A stretch of 63,231 nt of DNA, filler included, from Craspedostauros australis (Eukaryota): NCBI GenBank assembly GCA_030167865.1. It is 14 parts of 14 records of this genome, joined end to end, with 100 filler letters (N's around TTAATTAATTAA, not from the genome) between each part and the next. Parts side by side here need not be neighbours in the genome. Positions count along the whole stretch, not along the records: positions 31,328 to 46,533 come from JALAGF010001084.1; positions 46,634 to 61,014 come from JALAGF010001085.1; 12 more parts are not named here. The stretch is one strand, 5' to 3'. The position numbers and the translations under genes are program-made. The notes below the pieces were generated by a model. It searched no databases. It was given only the letters and a program-made list of their open reading frames with translations, and was not told the DNA's origin. This document shows positions 36,020 to 47,528 of the stretch, one piece after another; positions within the stretch are counted from its first letter, which is position 1; every line of letters starts with the position of its first letter.

Positions 36020-37294
36020 TCATTCGTACTGGTTGCAATCATCTTGCCCGCCAATGAACATGCATTCGAACGCTCTCGCCATCGACTGGCCGATAAGCCA
36101 GTACGACTCAGCATTATCATTCCAATGGAACCCTCGTTTCGATGGTGACTCGGGGTATGGTTGCCGGTAAAAATGGCGTGTTTCGACAGTCGCCACGTTG
36201 CCCTTGAAATTTGCATACAATCGGGACACCGAGAATTGAGCATAGATGACCGCCTTGCGTTTTGGCTTCCGTCGGATCACCCCGTACATTCCGGAGACAC
36301 CGACAGCGACCTTCATGTCAGGTGCTCGGAATTCTGCACGCACATCCTTGATGAGGTTGACGAGGTTTGTCTGGTAATGGCTGGAAGCCTCTTCGGTTTC
36401 CCCGTCATCGTATCCCTGGAACCAGGCAAAGCCGGCGATGTCGTAGGACCCAATCTCGCTGTACTGTGGGAAGAGATCCTCCAGGTTGTCGAGGGCGTAG
36501 TGGAACGCAGTGACCATCGCTGTGTAGAAGGGACCCACGGTGCCGCCGGATGACGGTGGGCGGAAGTCCACGTCGAGAGACTTGCCACCCCACGCCGCCT
36601 TGACGAGGAGGATGGGTTGGTGCACCCGATCACCATCCTCGTCGACAAAGGCGTCCGATTTCGAAAGAGTGAGACCGAGACTCAGCTCGAGCCCGATCTT
36701 CTGCGAACTGGGGCTGTCACCTGCATAATTCACGGTCAGATTTCCGCGATATTCGAAGGTCGGCTGTTCGTTAGACTCCTTGGGGTACTTGTACGCAATC
36801 CACACATCGTCGAACACGTTCCATTGGCCAGTTTGTGCGTCCTTCAGCATGCCAAAGTCTTCCGGACGATCTCGCACCAGCTGTTCCAACGTCCCTTTTT
36901 TGTACGTCCCGTCTTGCTCCGTGGCACTGATGGAGCCTTGGCCAACCATGTTGGATTGCCCTGACATGAAGATGACCTTCAGCGTTGGCTTCGTCTTGGG
37001 TTTGACAATTTTTTCTCGGAGCTGGAACTGTTCATTATCTGTTGCATCGGCAGTTGCGTTGTGCATCCGCAGTACCTGCACTTCCTGCTTCCCAAGACCC
37101 TCGGCCTCTGCAGTGCCACCCTCCAGTGTCGCCAATCCTACCTGAGACTTCTCATGCGTCGATAGAATGGGCAGAAAGCAGATGGTCACGACGAGTGCCG
37201 CCAGCACAGCCCACAGCATGCGCGTCCGGCCTCTCCGCAGGCTCTCCTCCATCTCGGCTCCCATCTCAACTTGCGTCGTCACTTCCATCTTCAA
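36020..37294 (-). CDS. Sialate O-acetylesterase-like SGNH hydrolase (SASA/DUF303) with N-terminal TM anchor
   Basis: VIFMSGQSNMVG catalytic Ser block, G.E.S.G, PILLVKAAWGGKSL..DFRPPS, GFAWFQGY.D, Y..NL..LI.DVR, FHW..NAESY..IG. Confidence 0.92.
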   Translation of the reverse strand: MKMEVTTQVEMGAEMEESLRRGRTRMLWAVLAALVVTICFLPILSTHEKSQVGLATLEGGTAEAEGLGKQEVQVLRMHNATADATDNEQFQLREKIVKPKTKPTLKVIFMSGQSNMVGQGSISATEQDGTYKKGTLEQLVRDRPEDFGMLKDAQTGQWNVFDDVWIAYKYPKESNEQPTFEYRGNLTVNYAGDSPSSQKIGLELSLGLTLSKSDAFVDEDGDRVHQPILLVKAAWGGKSLDVDFRPPSSGGTVGPFYTAMVTAFHYALDNLEDLFPQYSEIGSYDIAGFAWFQGYDDGETEEASSHYQTNLVNLIKDVRAEFRAPDMKVAVGVSGMYGVIRRKPKRKAVIYAQFSVSRLYANFKGNVATVETRHFYRQPYPESPSKRGFHWNDNAESYWLIGQSMARAFECMFIGGQDDCNQYE

Positions 37295-38082
37295 TGAATT
37301 CCGTCGTTGATCTGTTTGCGCTCGAACGGAATAATGTTCTCAGAGCCCTTGCTCACGTGCGATTGCATGTGTCGCCGCTTCTACTGTCACTGCCGTTACC
37401 GTTGTTGTCATTGTCACCGTCGTATCTTCCTGACATGGCCATTCACGCATTGTTCATGATCGTCGCCACTTCTCTCGCGAGAAGATCACGCAACACCTCA
37501 TCGTTTCGTGGATTGCGTGATGATGGCTTTGGTTGCCTTTCTTCGGGCAAAAACTCATTGCCGCAGGCTTGTTCTTTTGTCGATGGTCTTCTGTGAATCG
37601 TGCAACAACAAACTCTTGTGACATGGTGTGTGAATTTGACGTTAAATTGCTTCGCATCTCAAACGTTCCACGACTGTTTCTTCCGGAGGGATCCAACAAC
37701 TTTTCTTCTTCAACCATATCAATATAACGTTCTGTTAACGCTCTATGATTGCGTCGAGAACGAACAACGCACTCACTTGTCAATATCCACGACTGGGGAG
37801 AATTCAAATTCAAATTCAAATTGATTTCACCAAAACAACAGAACAAAAAATGACACAACAACGACAACAAGCGAAGCTGGAAAAAAGGTGATTATCATCA
37901 TGAGGAGCAGAAGCAGCAGCACCACAGGAGCTTCGAAGACAACAACAACAACATCATATCAGTAGGAGTGTCAACATCAACATTGACATCAAAGATCGCA
38001 CCGCAATCCGACAGTCCAAACCGCATCTGCACCCCAACTCGCAGAGCCGACCAACAGTTCACGACCACGAGATCCCACAGCC

Positions 38083-38535
38083 ATGCCCGTCGCATCAGAA
38101 CAATTCAAGAACCAGATCGCGGCGACGCTCGACAAGCAACCGCAGTACGGAGCCGACGGCAGACGTCAAGATCGTGGCTGCGGCGGTGCGGCATGCGATT
38201 ACAACTACTGGTGTGCCTCCGCACCAGAATCGACGACGGGTTCCACGCGAGATGAGGATGACGACGCAACAGAAATCGCCGGCGTGCATCAGAAGGCGCG
38301 CGCCATGAAACCGCAGCACAATGCGATGGACTTCGCCATTGCTGCAGCCGCGGCGGAACGGTATCGCAAGAACCAGAAGACGATCCAATCCAAGTGCGGT
38401 GAATTGTCGCCGCGTCAAAACAAGGTTATACCGGAGCAGATGGACAAAACATTGACGGTACCGACGGCGACAATGGCTGTCGGCGCTCCTCAAAGCAATC
38501 AGGCCGGATGTGGCACGTCCTGCGTCATATCATAG
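38083..38535 (+). CDS. Small low-complexity protein ending in a CaaX box (CVIS)
   Basis: 150-aa ORF ending GCGTSCVIS*; an upstream in-frame ATG at 37900 is separated by TAG and TGA. Confidence 0.4.
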   Translation: MPVASEQFKNQIAATLDKQPQYGADGRRQDRGCGGAACDYNYWCASAPESTTGSTRDEDDDATEIAGVHQKARAMKPQHNAMDFAIAAAAAERYRKNQKTIQSKCGELSPRQNKVIPEQMDKTLTVPTATMAVGAPQSNQAGCGTSCVIS

Positions 38536-39075
38536 GCGAAATAACCCACATCAACGAAGATCAAAGCAATTCAAAGCAATTTCAAGCGCGCTGCAGTTCC
38601 CGCTGCAGATGAAACGCGCTCATTGCATTGGAACTAGTTAGTGCAATGGATGGACCTGACTGTTTCCACCATCACAACTGCAACAAGAAATGCGTCACAA
38701 AAGTTGAGGGTTCAGAGCAGATGGATTGGATGCGATCAGCTCCTGTGTCATTGGACGCACCAGTTGTGTGCATTGCATCACGTGGCCACTTTGACCATGA
38801 GATGGTGCTGCTGCTATTCCGACAGCCAAGCAATTGAATCGCCATTCTCCTGTCGTATCCTCTGTTGGCCACGTTCATCGAAACTATCAGGCTGAGCTGT
38901 TCGTCAGAGAATGAATACTCTGCGCACATACACGTGCCAGTAATAATAATTCATGTATGTATTCTATCCCCCTTTTTATTCTACTGTACGTGCTCGACAG
39001 CGGGTGAGGATCGATCCATTGGTTGCTTCCGTTCCATCATGAGTCCATCGTCTGGAAGCACTTCAGCATTGGCGG

Positions 39076-40008
39076 TCACAGCAACGGCTGGGCCTCTCCA
39101 TGAACCACGATCAAGTCCTTCTGAGAAGAGTCTCGAGACGTGGTGTCGAAGCTGCTGTAGGATGTCGCCGCACCCAGAGTCTGCCGCATCTCTGGATTCG
39201 GATCCTGCGCACAGATTGCAGTCTCGCACCCGTGCTGCGTTGCGTTTGAAGTTTCTCGCCGCGGAATGTCTGTCATCCCCATCTCCAAAGATAGGTACCA
39301 TTCGGTCGTGAAGGTGGCGTGCAGAATGCCAAGCAGGAAGGCCCCAATGAGCATGTCGCTTGAAATTGCCTTGATCTGCTCGTCAGTCGCCTCTTCAGTG
39401 AGTGCAGGGAACAGGCCCGTCCATCCATACTTGTATGTGATGATGAAGGCCATGAGCCAGAAGCGCTGCAGGGTGAAGGCTTGGAGGTACCCGACCAACC
39501 GAATGGCCCAGAACTTGTGTCTTGGGATGTCCTTGTATACGGCAGCGTATCGCCATGCCATGTAGACGCAGTAGGACACGACGATGGCGTATACGACGGA
39601 GATGATCTTGATGAAAGCAGCATCGCTGGTGGAGGCCATTCCGCACCCAGTAGCGATCTCCACCACAACGACCACCATGAGGAATCTGCCGAGGTACCTG
39701 TGCATCCATGGGAACGTCTTGCGAATGTAAGGGATGAGCTGGAAGAAGTAGAGGTTCCACCAAAGGATGGCACAGATGATATGCGGGAAGAAGTAGATGT
39801 ACCTCCTCGGGCTGTAGCATGTGGGCGAGATGTTGGGGACGGCGGTGGAGTTGTAAAACGCACCATCGACTGGATGACTGCGGAGCTGTTCCAGGCTGTG
39901 CTTGGGGTCCCAGAAGCGGTAGCCCACGAGACGTCCCAACGAGACGAACCAGGAGACGAAGAAGAGTATCACCAGCCAGGAGATTACGTAGATGTCGCGT
40001 CCTCTCAT
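39076..40008 (-). CDS. DUF2306-like multi-pass membrane protein, paralog 1
   Basis: H...ILW....FQL...IRK....HRYLGR and I..HK.W..R motifs; about 6 hydrophobic segments. Confidence 0.85.
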   Translation of the reverse strand: MRGRDIYVISWLVILFFVSWFVSLGRLVGYRFWDPKHSLEQLRSHPVDGAFYNSTAVPNISPTCYSPRRYIYFFPHIICAILWWNLYFFQLIPYIRKTFPWMHRYLGRFLMVVVVVEIATGCGMASTSDAAFIKIISVVYAIVVSYCVYMAWRYAAVYKDIPRHKFWAIRLVGYLQAFTLQRFWLMAFIITYKYGWTGLFPALTEEATDEQIKAISSDMLIGAFLLGILHATFTTEWYLSLEMGMTDIPRRETSNATQHGCETAICAQDPNPEMRQTLGAATSYSSFDTTSRDSSQKDLIVVHGEAQPLL

Positions 40009-40760
40009 CTTGTTGCTGATGGGTGTGGTGGTTGGGTGCCTTAGTCACCTGTGATCTTGCTTTTTATGGTGCTCGGTGTGCAGCACTTTCTCCAAGCCAT
40101 GATGCTGCGACACTGCGATGATACGATGCTGCGATGCTGGGGTGCTGGACCCGTATTCGCAATGACACAGCAAAGTGCAGCCAAGGTCTCGCTCCGCAGG
40201 GAATGCGTGTGCCTGGCCCTGGCCGTTTCATTCCGTGGATGACTCGCGAAGTTACTCATTTCTCCCATCATTCACGATTTCGGTTCGTCGCTTCGGCCGA
40301 TTCGCGAAAGTTTCTCGTAACACAACCACATGCATGTTCGCCGGTACGTGTAAGCTACAGTGAGCCCCCCAGATCAGCATCTCCGACCAGCGTGCTTCAC
40401 TCAAATACAAACTCCGGAGAGAGGAATTGGGTGGGCAACACCGCTCCTGTGGCATCACCGCGTTCGCAGATCACACAAATCTTTCGAAACGAACCGTGCC
40501 TGTTGAGTGTGTGACACACGATCATCGAGAAGTTGAGAAATGAGCCTTTCGTGCAGCGCGAATGCGCAGATCTTACACGCATTGTGGTATGATGATCTAT
40601 TATATGTTTGGTAAACTAGAATGTAATAGCATAATTCTTGCGCATGGTGTCAGCGATGTTCGGACCAATTTGAATTCCATGGAATGTACTTGCATGGCTC
40701 TCCTCGCACAGATCCGATCTAGATCCTGCCATTGTCCCATCAGCATCGCGTCGATGGTTC

Positions 40761-41660
40761 TCACAGCAATGACTGCGCCTCGTCGCGACGCGGTTGCTGC
40801 GACGAAGCTTTCGCGTTGTCGCTGAAGCTGCTGTACGTCGTCGAACCTTGCGGGTTGCTGTCCGTGCCGATTGCTGATTGCTGCGTCGCAGGCGACGCCG
40901 ATGCTCCTGGCTGCACGACGTCGGACACCCCCATCTCCAAGGAGAGGTACCATTCGGTCGTGAGGATGGCATGGAGGATGCTGATGACGAAGGAATCATC
41001 GAACATGCGCAACACGAGGGTGCGGATGTCTTCGTCGCTGGTGTCGTCGGTGATGGCGGGATACAAGCCGGTCCATCCGCTCTGATGGCTGATGATGACG
41101 AACATCAACCAGAAGCGTTGCAAAGCAATGGTCTGCAGGTACCCCACCAGTCGCATCACCCAGAACTTGTGCCTTGGGATATCTTTGTAGATCGCAGCGT
41201 GACGCCATGCCTTGTAGACGCAGTAGAACACGGCGGCGGCAAAGATGCACGAAACGATCTTGATGATGGAGGAATGGCTCGTGACCGCCAATCCGAATCC
41301 ACTCCACGCCTGAATGAGGACGACGACCATCAGGAATCTTCCGAGATACCTGTGCGTGCTTCGGAACCTCTTTCGGATGGATGGGATGAGTTGGAAGAAG
41401 TAGAGGTTCCACCAAAGGATAGCGCAGACGACGTGCGGGAGGAAGTAGACATACCGTCTCTGCGTGAAGTAGGACTTTGAGATCTCGGTGGTCGCAGTGG
41501 AATTGTAAAAGAGTTCCTCCGTCGGGTGTTCCTCAGCCTTTTCCAGGTTGTATTTGGCATCCCAGAAGTGGAGGCCGATGAGGCGTCCCAACGCGACGAA
41601 CCAGGAGACGAAGAACAGCAGCACCAGCCATGAGATCACGTAAATGTCGCGTCCTCTCAT
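40761..41660 (-). CDS. DUF2306-like multi-pass membrane protein, paralog 2
   Basis: Tandem paralog: identical start MRGRDIYVISWLV and shared motifs through TTEWYLSLEMG. Confidence 0.85.
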   Translation of the reverse strand: MRGRDIYVISWLVLLFFVSWFVALGRLIGLHFWDAKYNLEKAEEHPTEELFYNSTATTEISKSYFTQRRYVYFLPHVVCAILWWNLYFFQLIPSIRKRFRSTHRYLGRFLMVVVLIQAWSGFGLAVTSHSSIIKIVSCIFAAAVFYCVYKAWRHAAIYKDIPRHKFWVMRLVGYLQTIALQRFWLMFVIISHQSGWTGLYPAITDDTSDEDIRTLVLRMFDDSFVISILHAILTTEWYLSLEMGVSDVVQPGASASPATQQSAIGTDSNPQGSTTYSSFSDNAKASSQQPRRDEAQSLL

Positions 41661-42702
41661 CTTGCTCGATCGATCGTTTGTGTTGTTGGCTTTGTTGCTG
41701 CGTGTATGTATGTGTGCGTGCGTGTGCGTGCGTGGTGGCTTGGTTGCGTGATGGCTTGGTTGTGTTTACTTTTGCTTCTGTTGTTTTTGCGAGCGTGCGG
41801 CGACAACTTCCTGAGTGGTGGACTCTTTGCTCTCCTCACTCATCCGTCAAAGTTGCGATTGGAACTTCTCCTTCGTTCCACTTTGGAATCGAATAGAATG
41901 GCAGAGCAGAGCATGAACGATGCTGGGACATGATGATCATTTCATGACATTCAATGATGTGCAACAAGGAAGTCGTCCGGGTCTCGATTGCAGTCGGCAT
42001 CAGCTTCCGTCATCATCGCCTTGTTCCGCGATGGAACATCAGGGATGTTGTTCATTTTGTGCGTTGAACGCAAACAGGAGGCGGAGAAGAGTTTGTTCCA
42101 GGTTGTTCCTGTGGCGCGAAGTGCATGTTTTGCTTCGATCCGCGTCATCCCACATCACAGGTATTGACATGACGTGGCGTCATCTTGGTCGTTTTGTTCT
42201 CCATCTTTTTCTCTAGACTTGCATCATAAGCTATACTTTGCATGTGTGTCTGATAAAATGGGTGTTAACTGACCGACCAGACTATTGCACAGCCAATGTT
42301 TGAAATCAGTGGGAGTTGCGGTGATGAAATAAAATTTGACAAGACACTGAGCCCAAACAAGAACGAATACGCAAAAATCGTGCCATTCGCGACAAAGAAA
42401 AACAAGAGACATCACCACCACCATCGCAATCACAATCACGATCACAACCACCATCAAAGATCCATTTGCAGCCCGCGGTGTGCTTCAGCAACAACAAAGT
42501 TAGGGGAGCAATTCTTTGGTGACTCCAATCAATCCAATCGAAATCAATCCAACCCAATCCAATCGAACCCAACCACACTGGTGCAGAGGCGGCAACGGAA
42601 GTAGCAGCAACAGATCCACGACAGTGCTTAGTTGAGGCTTGAGAGACGCGGGACCGATTGGGCGATACTGGTAGAGAAGTGGTCCGTTCATCAACATCCG
42701 CC

Positions 42703-45085
42703 ATGGATCCATCTATGGCGTCTGCACCGGCTTCGGCATCAGCGGCTGCGCCAAAGATCGAGAAACGAAACAAGGCAACATCGTTGGCAGCGAAAAGCGG
42801 AGGATCCGATGCACCAATAACAGACGGAGACAGATATCGAAACAATGTCTATGCATTCATGTTCATCGCGGTGTGCGCCTTTTTCCTCGGGCTCACCACC
42901 TTCCGTGCGGCTCCCATCATCTTCAACCCGGCACAGCTCATTGGAGATGACTTTCCTGACATACAATCGAATGACGATGGGACGACGACGACAACGACCA
43001 CAACGACGACAGCGGTAGATTCGCAAGCAGCTAAAGCATCGCCGTTGTCACCATCGATGTCATTCCAAAGGACATGGGTGGATAGCGACGAGGAAGAGTC
43101 CGAGGGTCCAAAGAAGCCGCTCAACATTCTCTTCCTCTACGCCGATGATTGGAGCTTCACGTCCCTCGGGGCTCTCGGCAACGATTACATCCAAACGCCC
43201 CGGCTGGATGAGATGGCACGGAATGGCACCCTCTTCACACACGCCTGCGTCACAACCTCCATCTGCATGGTCAGCCGTGCATCCATGTACACTGGTCAAT
43301 ACGCTGCAAAACATCGGACTTACAGGAGCTGGAAGGACCTCCACATGTACGACGATGACAACTGGAACTACACGGTGTTCCCGCAGCTCAAGCAGGCCGG
43401 CTACTACACCGGTCTCTTCGGCAAGTACCATCACACCAAGCCACCAAAGCAGATACCAACATTCGACAAATACGTCTCCTACCAGTTTGGCCACTACAAG
43501 ACGCGGGATGGGGTCACGAAGCACATCACGGAATGGAACGAAATCGACGGTATGGGATTTTTGAAAGAGAGGCCGAAGGACCAGCCCTTCGCGCTCACGG
43601 TGGCTTTCTTCGCGACGCACGCCGAGGACGGCAGCCAGGAGCAGTACCGCCCCATGAACAGCAGCATGTGGATGTATGCCAATTCGGAGGTACCCCGTGC
43701 CAAGACCTTCACACACAACCACACTTTCAGGATGCCGCATTTCATTTCCAGCAGTCGCAACTACGGCCGTGGCCGATCGCTGAAGCGATACTATCCGGAG
43801 AGCAAGTACCAGCTCATGATGAAGAACACCTACCGGATGGCAAGCGAAGTCGATGCCGCATGCGGCCGTCTCATCGACGAGCTTGAACGGCAGGGCGTGC
43901 TGAATGAAACTCTGGTGGTGTTCACAACAGGTGCGTGCAGGACAATTCTCGTTCGAATACAGTCGCATGCTGGCATGCCGTGGTTGATGATGGATCGTGG
44001 AGACGAAGAATGACACCGGATAGTCGGGCTGGAAGGATCGATGAATCTACAGACAGTGCTCTTTAGTGAGCAGCACAATTGTCGTCTGTTTTCGACTTTA
44101 TTTCGCACATCTCACTTCGTCTTTTTGCCTTTGCCTTTGCGTCATCATCATCATCATCTTCTTCTTCTCCGTCTGATCGTACGACTTCATCTTCCAATCA
44201 CAATCGCAATCTCGACTCCACAGACAATGGCAATTTCCACGGTGAGTTGTGGCTGACTCCGCACTGCTCCACGTAGTGTGCTCTCGTGAAGGATGCAATC
44301 GCGAGCAGCACCATGCTTCATACCCACGATTGATTAGAATTCACGCATGTGTTTCCACCACCGCAAATCTTTTGGATGCAATCGAATTGATTTGGATTGG
44401 ATTGAATTGATCATTAAGTCGAGGCACAACTCCTGGCATGTTTCGTTCGTCATCGTGCCAACGCCGTATGCTTGGATGCTTCTTGTGCTCACATTCACAC
44501 TCACGCTTCACCCCTCGCCCTGCCTCTCTTTACCTTGCCATATCTTCTCTTACCCGTGTCTGTTGTATGTTTCGCAACTGAGCAGGCCAGCATGGTTTGG
44601 CTGAGAAGTGGTACGCCTACGAAGAATCGCTGCGAGTCCCATTGATCATAATGGACCCACGTTTGAAGAAAACCAAGCGCGGCGGCAAAGTATCCGAATT
44701 CGCCCTCAACATCGACCTGGCACCCACGATGCTCGCGGCCGCAAAAGTCGACGTCCCCCAGCAGATGCAAGGTCGAGACTTGGCAAACCTCTACCTGAAT
44801 CCAGAGGAAGCCAAGAAATCGTGGCGACAGGAGTTCTTTTACGAGTGGATCGGAGATATGACCGACTTACCATCAAACAATGCTCTCGTTCGAAAGGACA
44901 AGAAGTATATCCAATGGCCGCAATGGACCACGGAACAGCTGTTCGACCTGGAGGCAGATCCGTATGAGGAGATGGATCTGAACGACGAAAAATACAGGAA
45001 CAACGCCAACAGCGCAATCATGGATGAAATGAGGACCCGCATGCTGGAGCTCCAACAGCTGGCCATCGCAGGAGCGAAGATGTAG
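42703..45085 (+). CDS. Formylglycine-dependent (S1) sulfatase with N-terminal TM anchor, 3 exons (42703-43930, 44224-44241, 44586-45085)
   Basis: NILFLYADD, TP.LD..A..G..F..A, signature ICMVSRASMYTGQY, GYYTG.FGKYH; spliced VFTT|DNGNFH|GQHGLAEKW..YEESLRVPLI; NIDLAPT; EQLFDL..DPYE; canonical GT-AG junctions. Confidence 0.95.
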
Positions 45086-46251
45086 AGGAGTTGCTTCTTC
45101 TTGAATGGCATTTTCCTTACAAACATTCTATTCTAGGTGGGTGGCATGCATTAATATTCCTGCTCCACTCATTCTGTAAATTAGTCCACGGTATTGCGAC
45201 GTTCGATGCATCACATCGCATCAAAGTAGGGCCGCGACACAACAGGCACAACAAGGCACAAGGCACAGCAGACACAGCAAACAAACAAGCAAGCGCTGTT
45301 GTTGGTGCTGGCGTTGTTTGTTGCTCTGCTGGTGTAGATGGCTCGCCTCGTAAGGTTGTCCCCAAACAGCCTAACTTGACTTGTCCTTGTGGACTCACAG
45401 TTTTCGCCATTGTCGCAACACGACCACCGCGACTCGTTAACGATCGAACGATTCCGTGAGATACCTTTCAGTCGCGTGATTGGGTGCCAAACGTGGTAGT
45501 TCTCAATCCCATATCATCGAAACGGGCAGTCGTGACAAGTGGAATGACCTCGGATGACATGTCACAACAGATTTGTCCTGGCAATCGCCCATCACTCTGT
45601 TTCGTTCTTCTTTGGTTTCTTCGTGACAGGATTCTTGCTGTGCCTGTATTCGCTTTGCTGGAGAGGAAAACTACCACGAAGAATCGAGGTGTTGGGTGGC
45701 ACTGTTAGGATCATCGCCTCAATAACATCGACACTCCTTCTCTCTCTCTCTCTTTCCCTCCAGATGGTTTCGTTAAAGCCTTGTCAAAGCGGCTCTTCGG
45801 CAGTGGGGCACCAACAGAATGAAGCGACACCGCATCGAAAATGCAAAAAGGCGAAAAGCTGACACAAACTGCGAATCCAGAGTGGGAGGAGAGTTTGCTT
45901 CACATCGAAAATCTGCTCTTGGTCCACCTTGTTCTCCCAAAGCGAATGTGATCGAAAGATGAGATTTGTCGGCGCGGAGGTTCACGCTTTTTTTGCTTCG
46001 GCCAAAGAATGTCAAAATTCCTCTCTTGGCACATCTCTTTTGTTGCCGGGAGTTGAGGGAAATATGCATATATGTCATTTCTATGGAAAATACGTTGTAT
46101 CACTGTTCTACCAACAAACCCCGTTCGTGTTTGATTTCTGCTCGTCAGTCCAATGTCGAACGCATACTGTAGTCTGCGAAAAGGCAGCGCAGCTGTTGAC
46201 GACACGATGAAGTGATTGTGGCATTCAATAGGATGTGGATCACTCTTGACT

Positions 46252-46533
46252 CTAGTAATTAACTTGGTATGGACTGAAGCCTCCAGATTGAATAGACAGT
46301 TGTGTGAGAAAGGCAATTGTTTTGAACACTGCCTTATGGCGTTCTCTATCTGACCTGTATGTGCTCCCCAAGATCGCCCATCTCTTGAATTGCCGATTGA
46401 TCGTTTCATGGCGCGCACGAGCATTGGACTTAGCTCGTTTGTTTGACTTCGACACATAGCTGGTTGGCTTCAGCACATGGGGCCCACCATACCCCCCATC
46501 GGCCTCAACACATTCTCCCTCCATCAGTCGCTT
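46252..46533 (-). mobile_element. PIF/Harbinger-ISL2EU-like DDE transposase, C-terminal fragment
   Basis: E.VEADGGY...RARHETINRQFK.W.IL...YR.....H motif (second D and the E of the DDE triad); cut by contig end. Confidence 0.8.
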
Positions 46534-46633
46534 NNNNNNNNNNNNNNNNNNNNNNNNNNNNNNNNNNNNNNNNNNNNTTAATTAATTAANNNNNNNNNNN
46601 NNNNNNNNNNNNNNNNNNNNNNNNNNNNNNNNN

Positions 46634-47268
46634 TTGTTGTTGTTAAGTTATTGTTGTATTCAATTGATGATTGATGAGATTTGTGAGAACAAGATCTCAT
46701 TCATCCTAAGTTGATGCATTATGCATCATTTCTACTATCTTGCCCGATTCTACTGTTGTTCATCATCGGGTCTTCCTACTATTCTGCTCGATGTCGCCGT
46801 GGTCCATCGTGCATGATTCCTACTTTGTTGCCCAAGGTTGCTGGCTGCTTTGCGCAGTATCCCGTGTTATCTCTCCTCTTGGGTCTTTATTCATCTCTGT
46901 CTGAGCCTGCCTAGTCTTGGACTCTCTTGGTGTCCATATATCTCAGCCTGTCGATGTCAGCAGATTGCTTGCATCATCCCTGACATCATATGACTATCTC
47001 CTAATTGTTGTTACCACGTGCTCACTGATGCACCTGGCGTCACTAGACAAGTCAGCATAACATGACTATCACTTATTCTTGATCCCTCGGACCTCAGTGA
47101 CGGTCCTCTGATGTCAGTCTCTGATGTCAGTTCCTACATCAGTTCTGATGACAGCAGGACCCGAACACCATTCGCATCATCAAGACTCATCCGACTATAC
47201 TATCAATCGAGTCGAATCACGTTTCAGTCATGTGAGATGTTAGCCTAAATTCGATCTAGATGTTGACA
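46634..47268 (-). mobile_element. LTR family C, copy 1 (635 bp visible)
   Basis: Appears identical to 61115-61749; homology ends exactly at ...GATGTTGACA, with different flanks. Confidence 0.9.
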
Positions 47269-47528
47269 TTTCGCTTGGTACCATGGGTTCCATTGATGGA
47301 TGGACGGACGATGTTCCTGATACTCTCAGAAATCGTTATTTGCAGATTTCCTCCAGAAATCCTGCTCATTTTCGTGTGTTCCATTTGTGGTGTGATTTTG
47401 CCAAATCACAGTTCACTACGACACGAATGTAGTTGTACCGTCCGTACGTGAGTATAAGAGAATAACGGGTGAACGATGCACATACAGATACGTACATCTT
47501 GACATATACACGCATGTACATCTCAACA
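47269..47528 (-). mobile_element. LTR family B, 5' part, inserted in copia pol and itself interrupted by LTR C
   Basis: Reverse complement starts TGTTGAGATGTAC and aligns with 29105-29350. Confidence 0.85.

Noticed and set aside
45773..45800. TTAAAGCC as the terminus of the Harbinger-like element
   Set aside because: Plausible, but the other end is beyond the contig break, so TIR and TSD cannot be verified.
47276..47285. TGGTACCATG near the LTR C end as a PBS complementary to the pseudo-tRNA 3' end
   Set aside because: It lies inside LTR B sequence (a similar motif occurs near 29337), is 7 nt from the LTR C end and is absent after the second C copy; probably chance.
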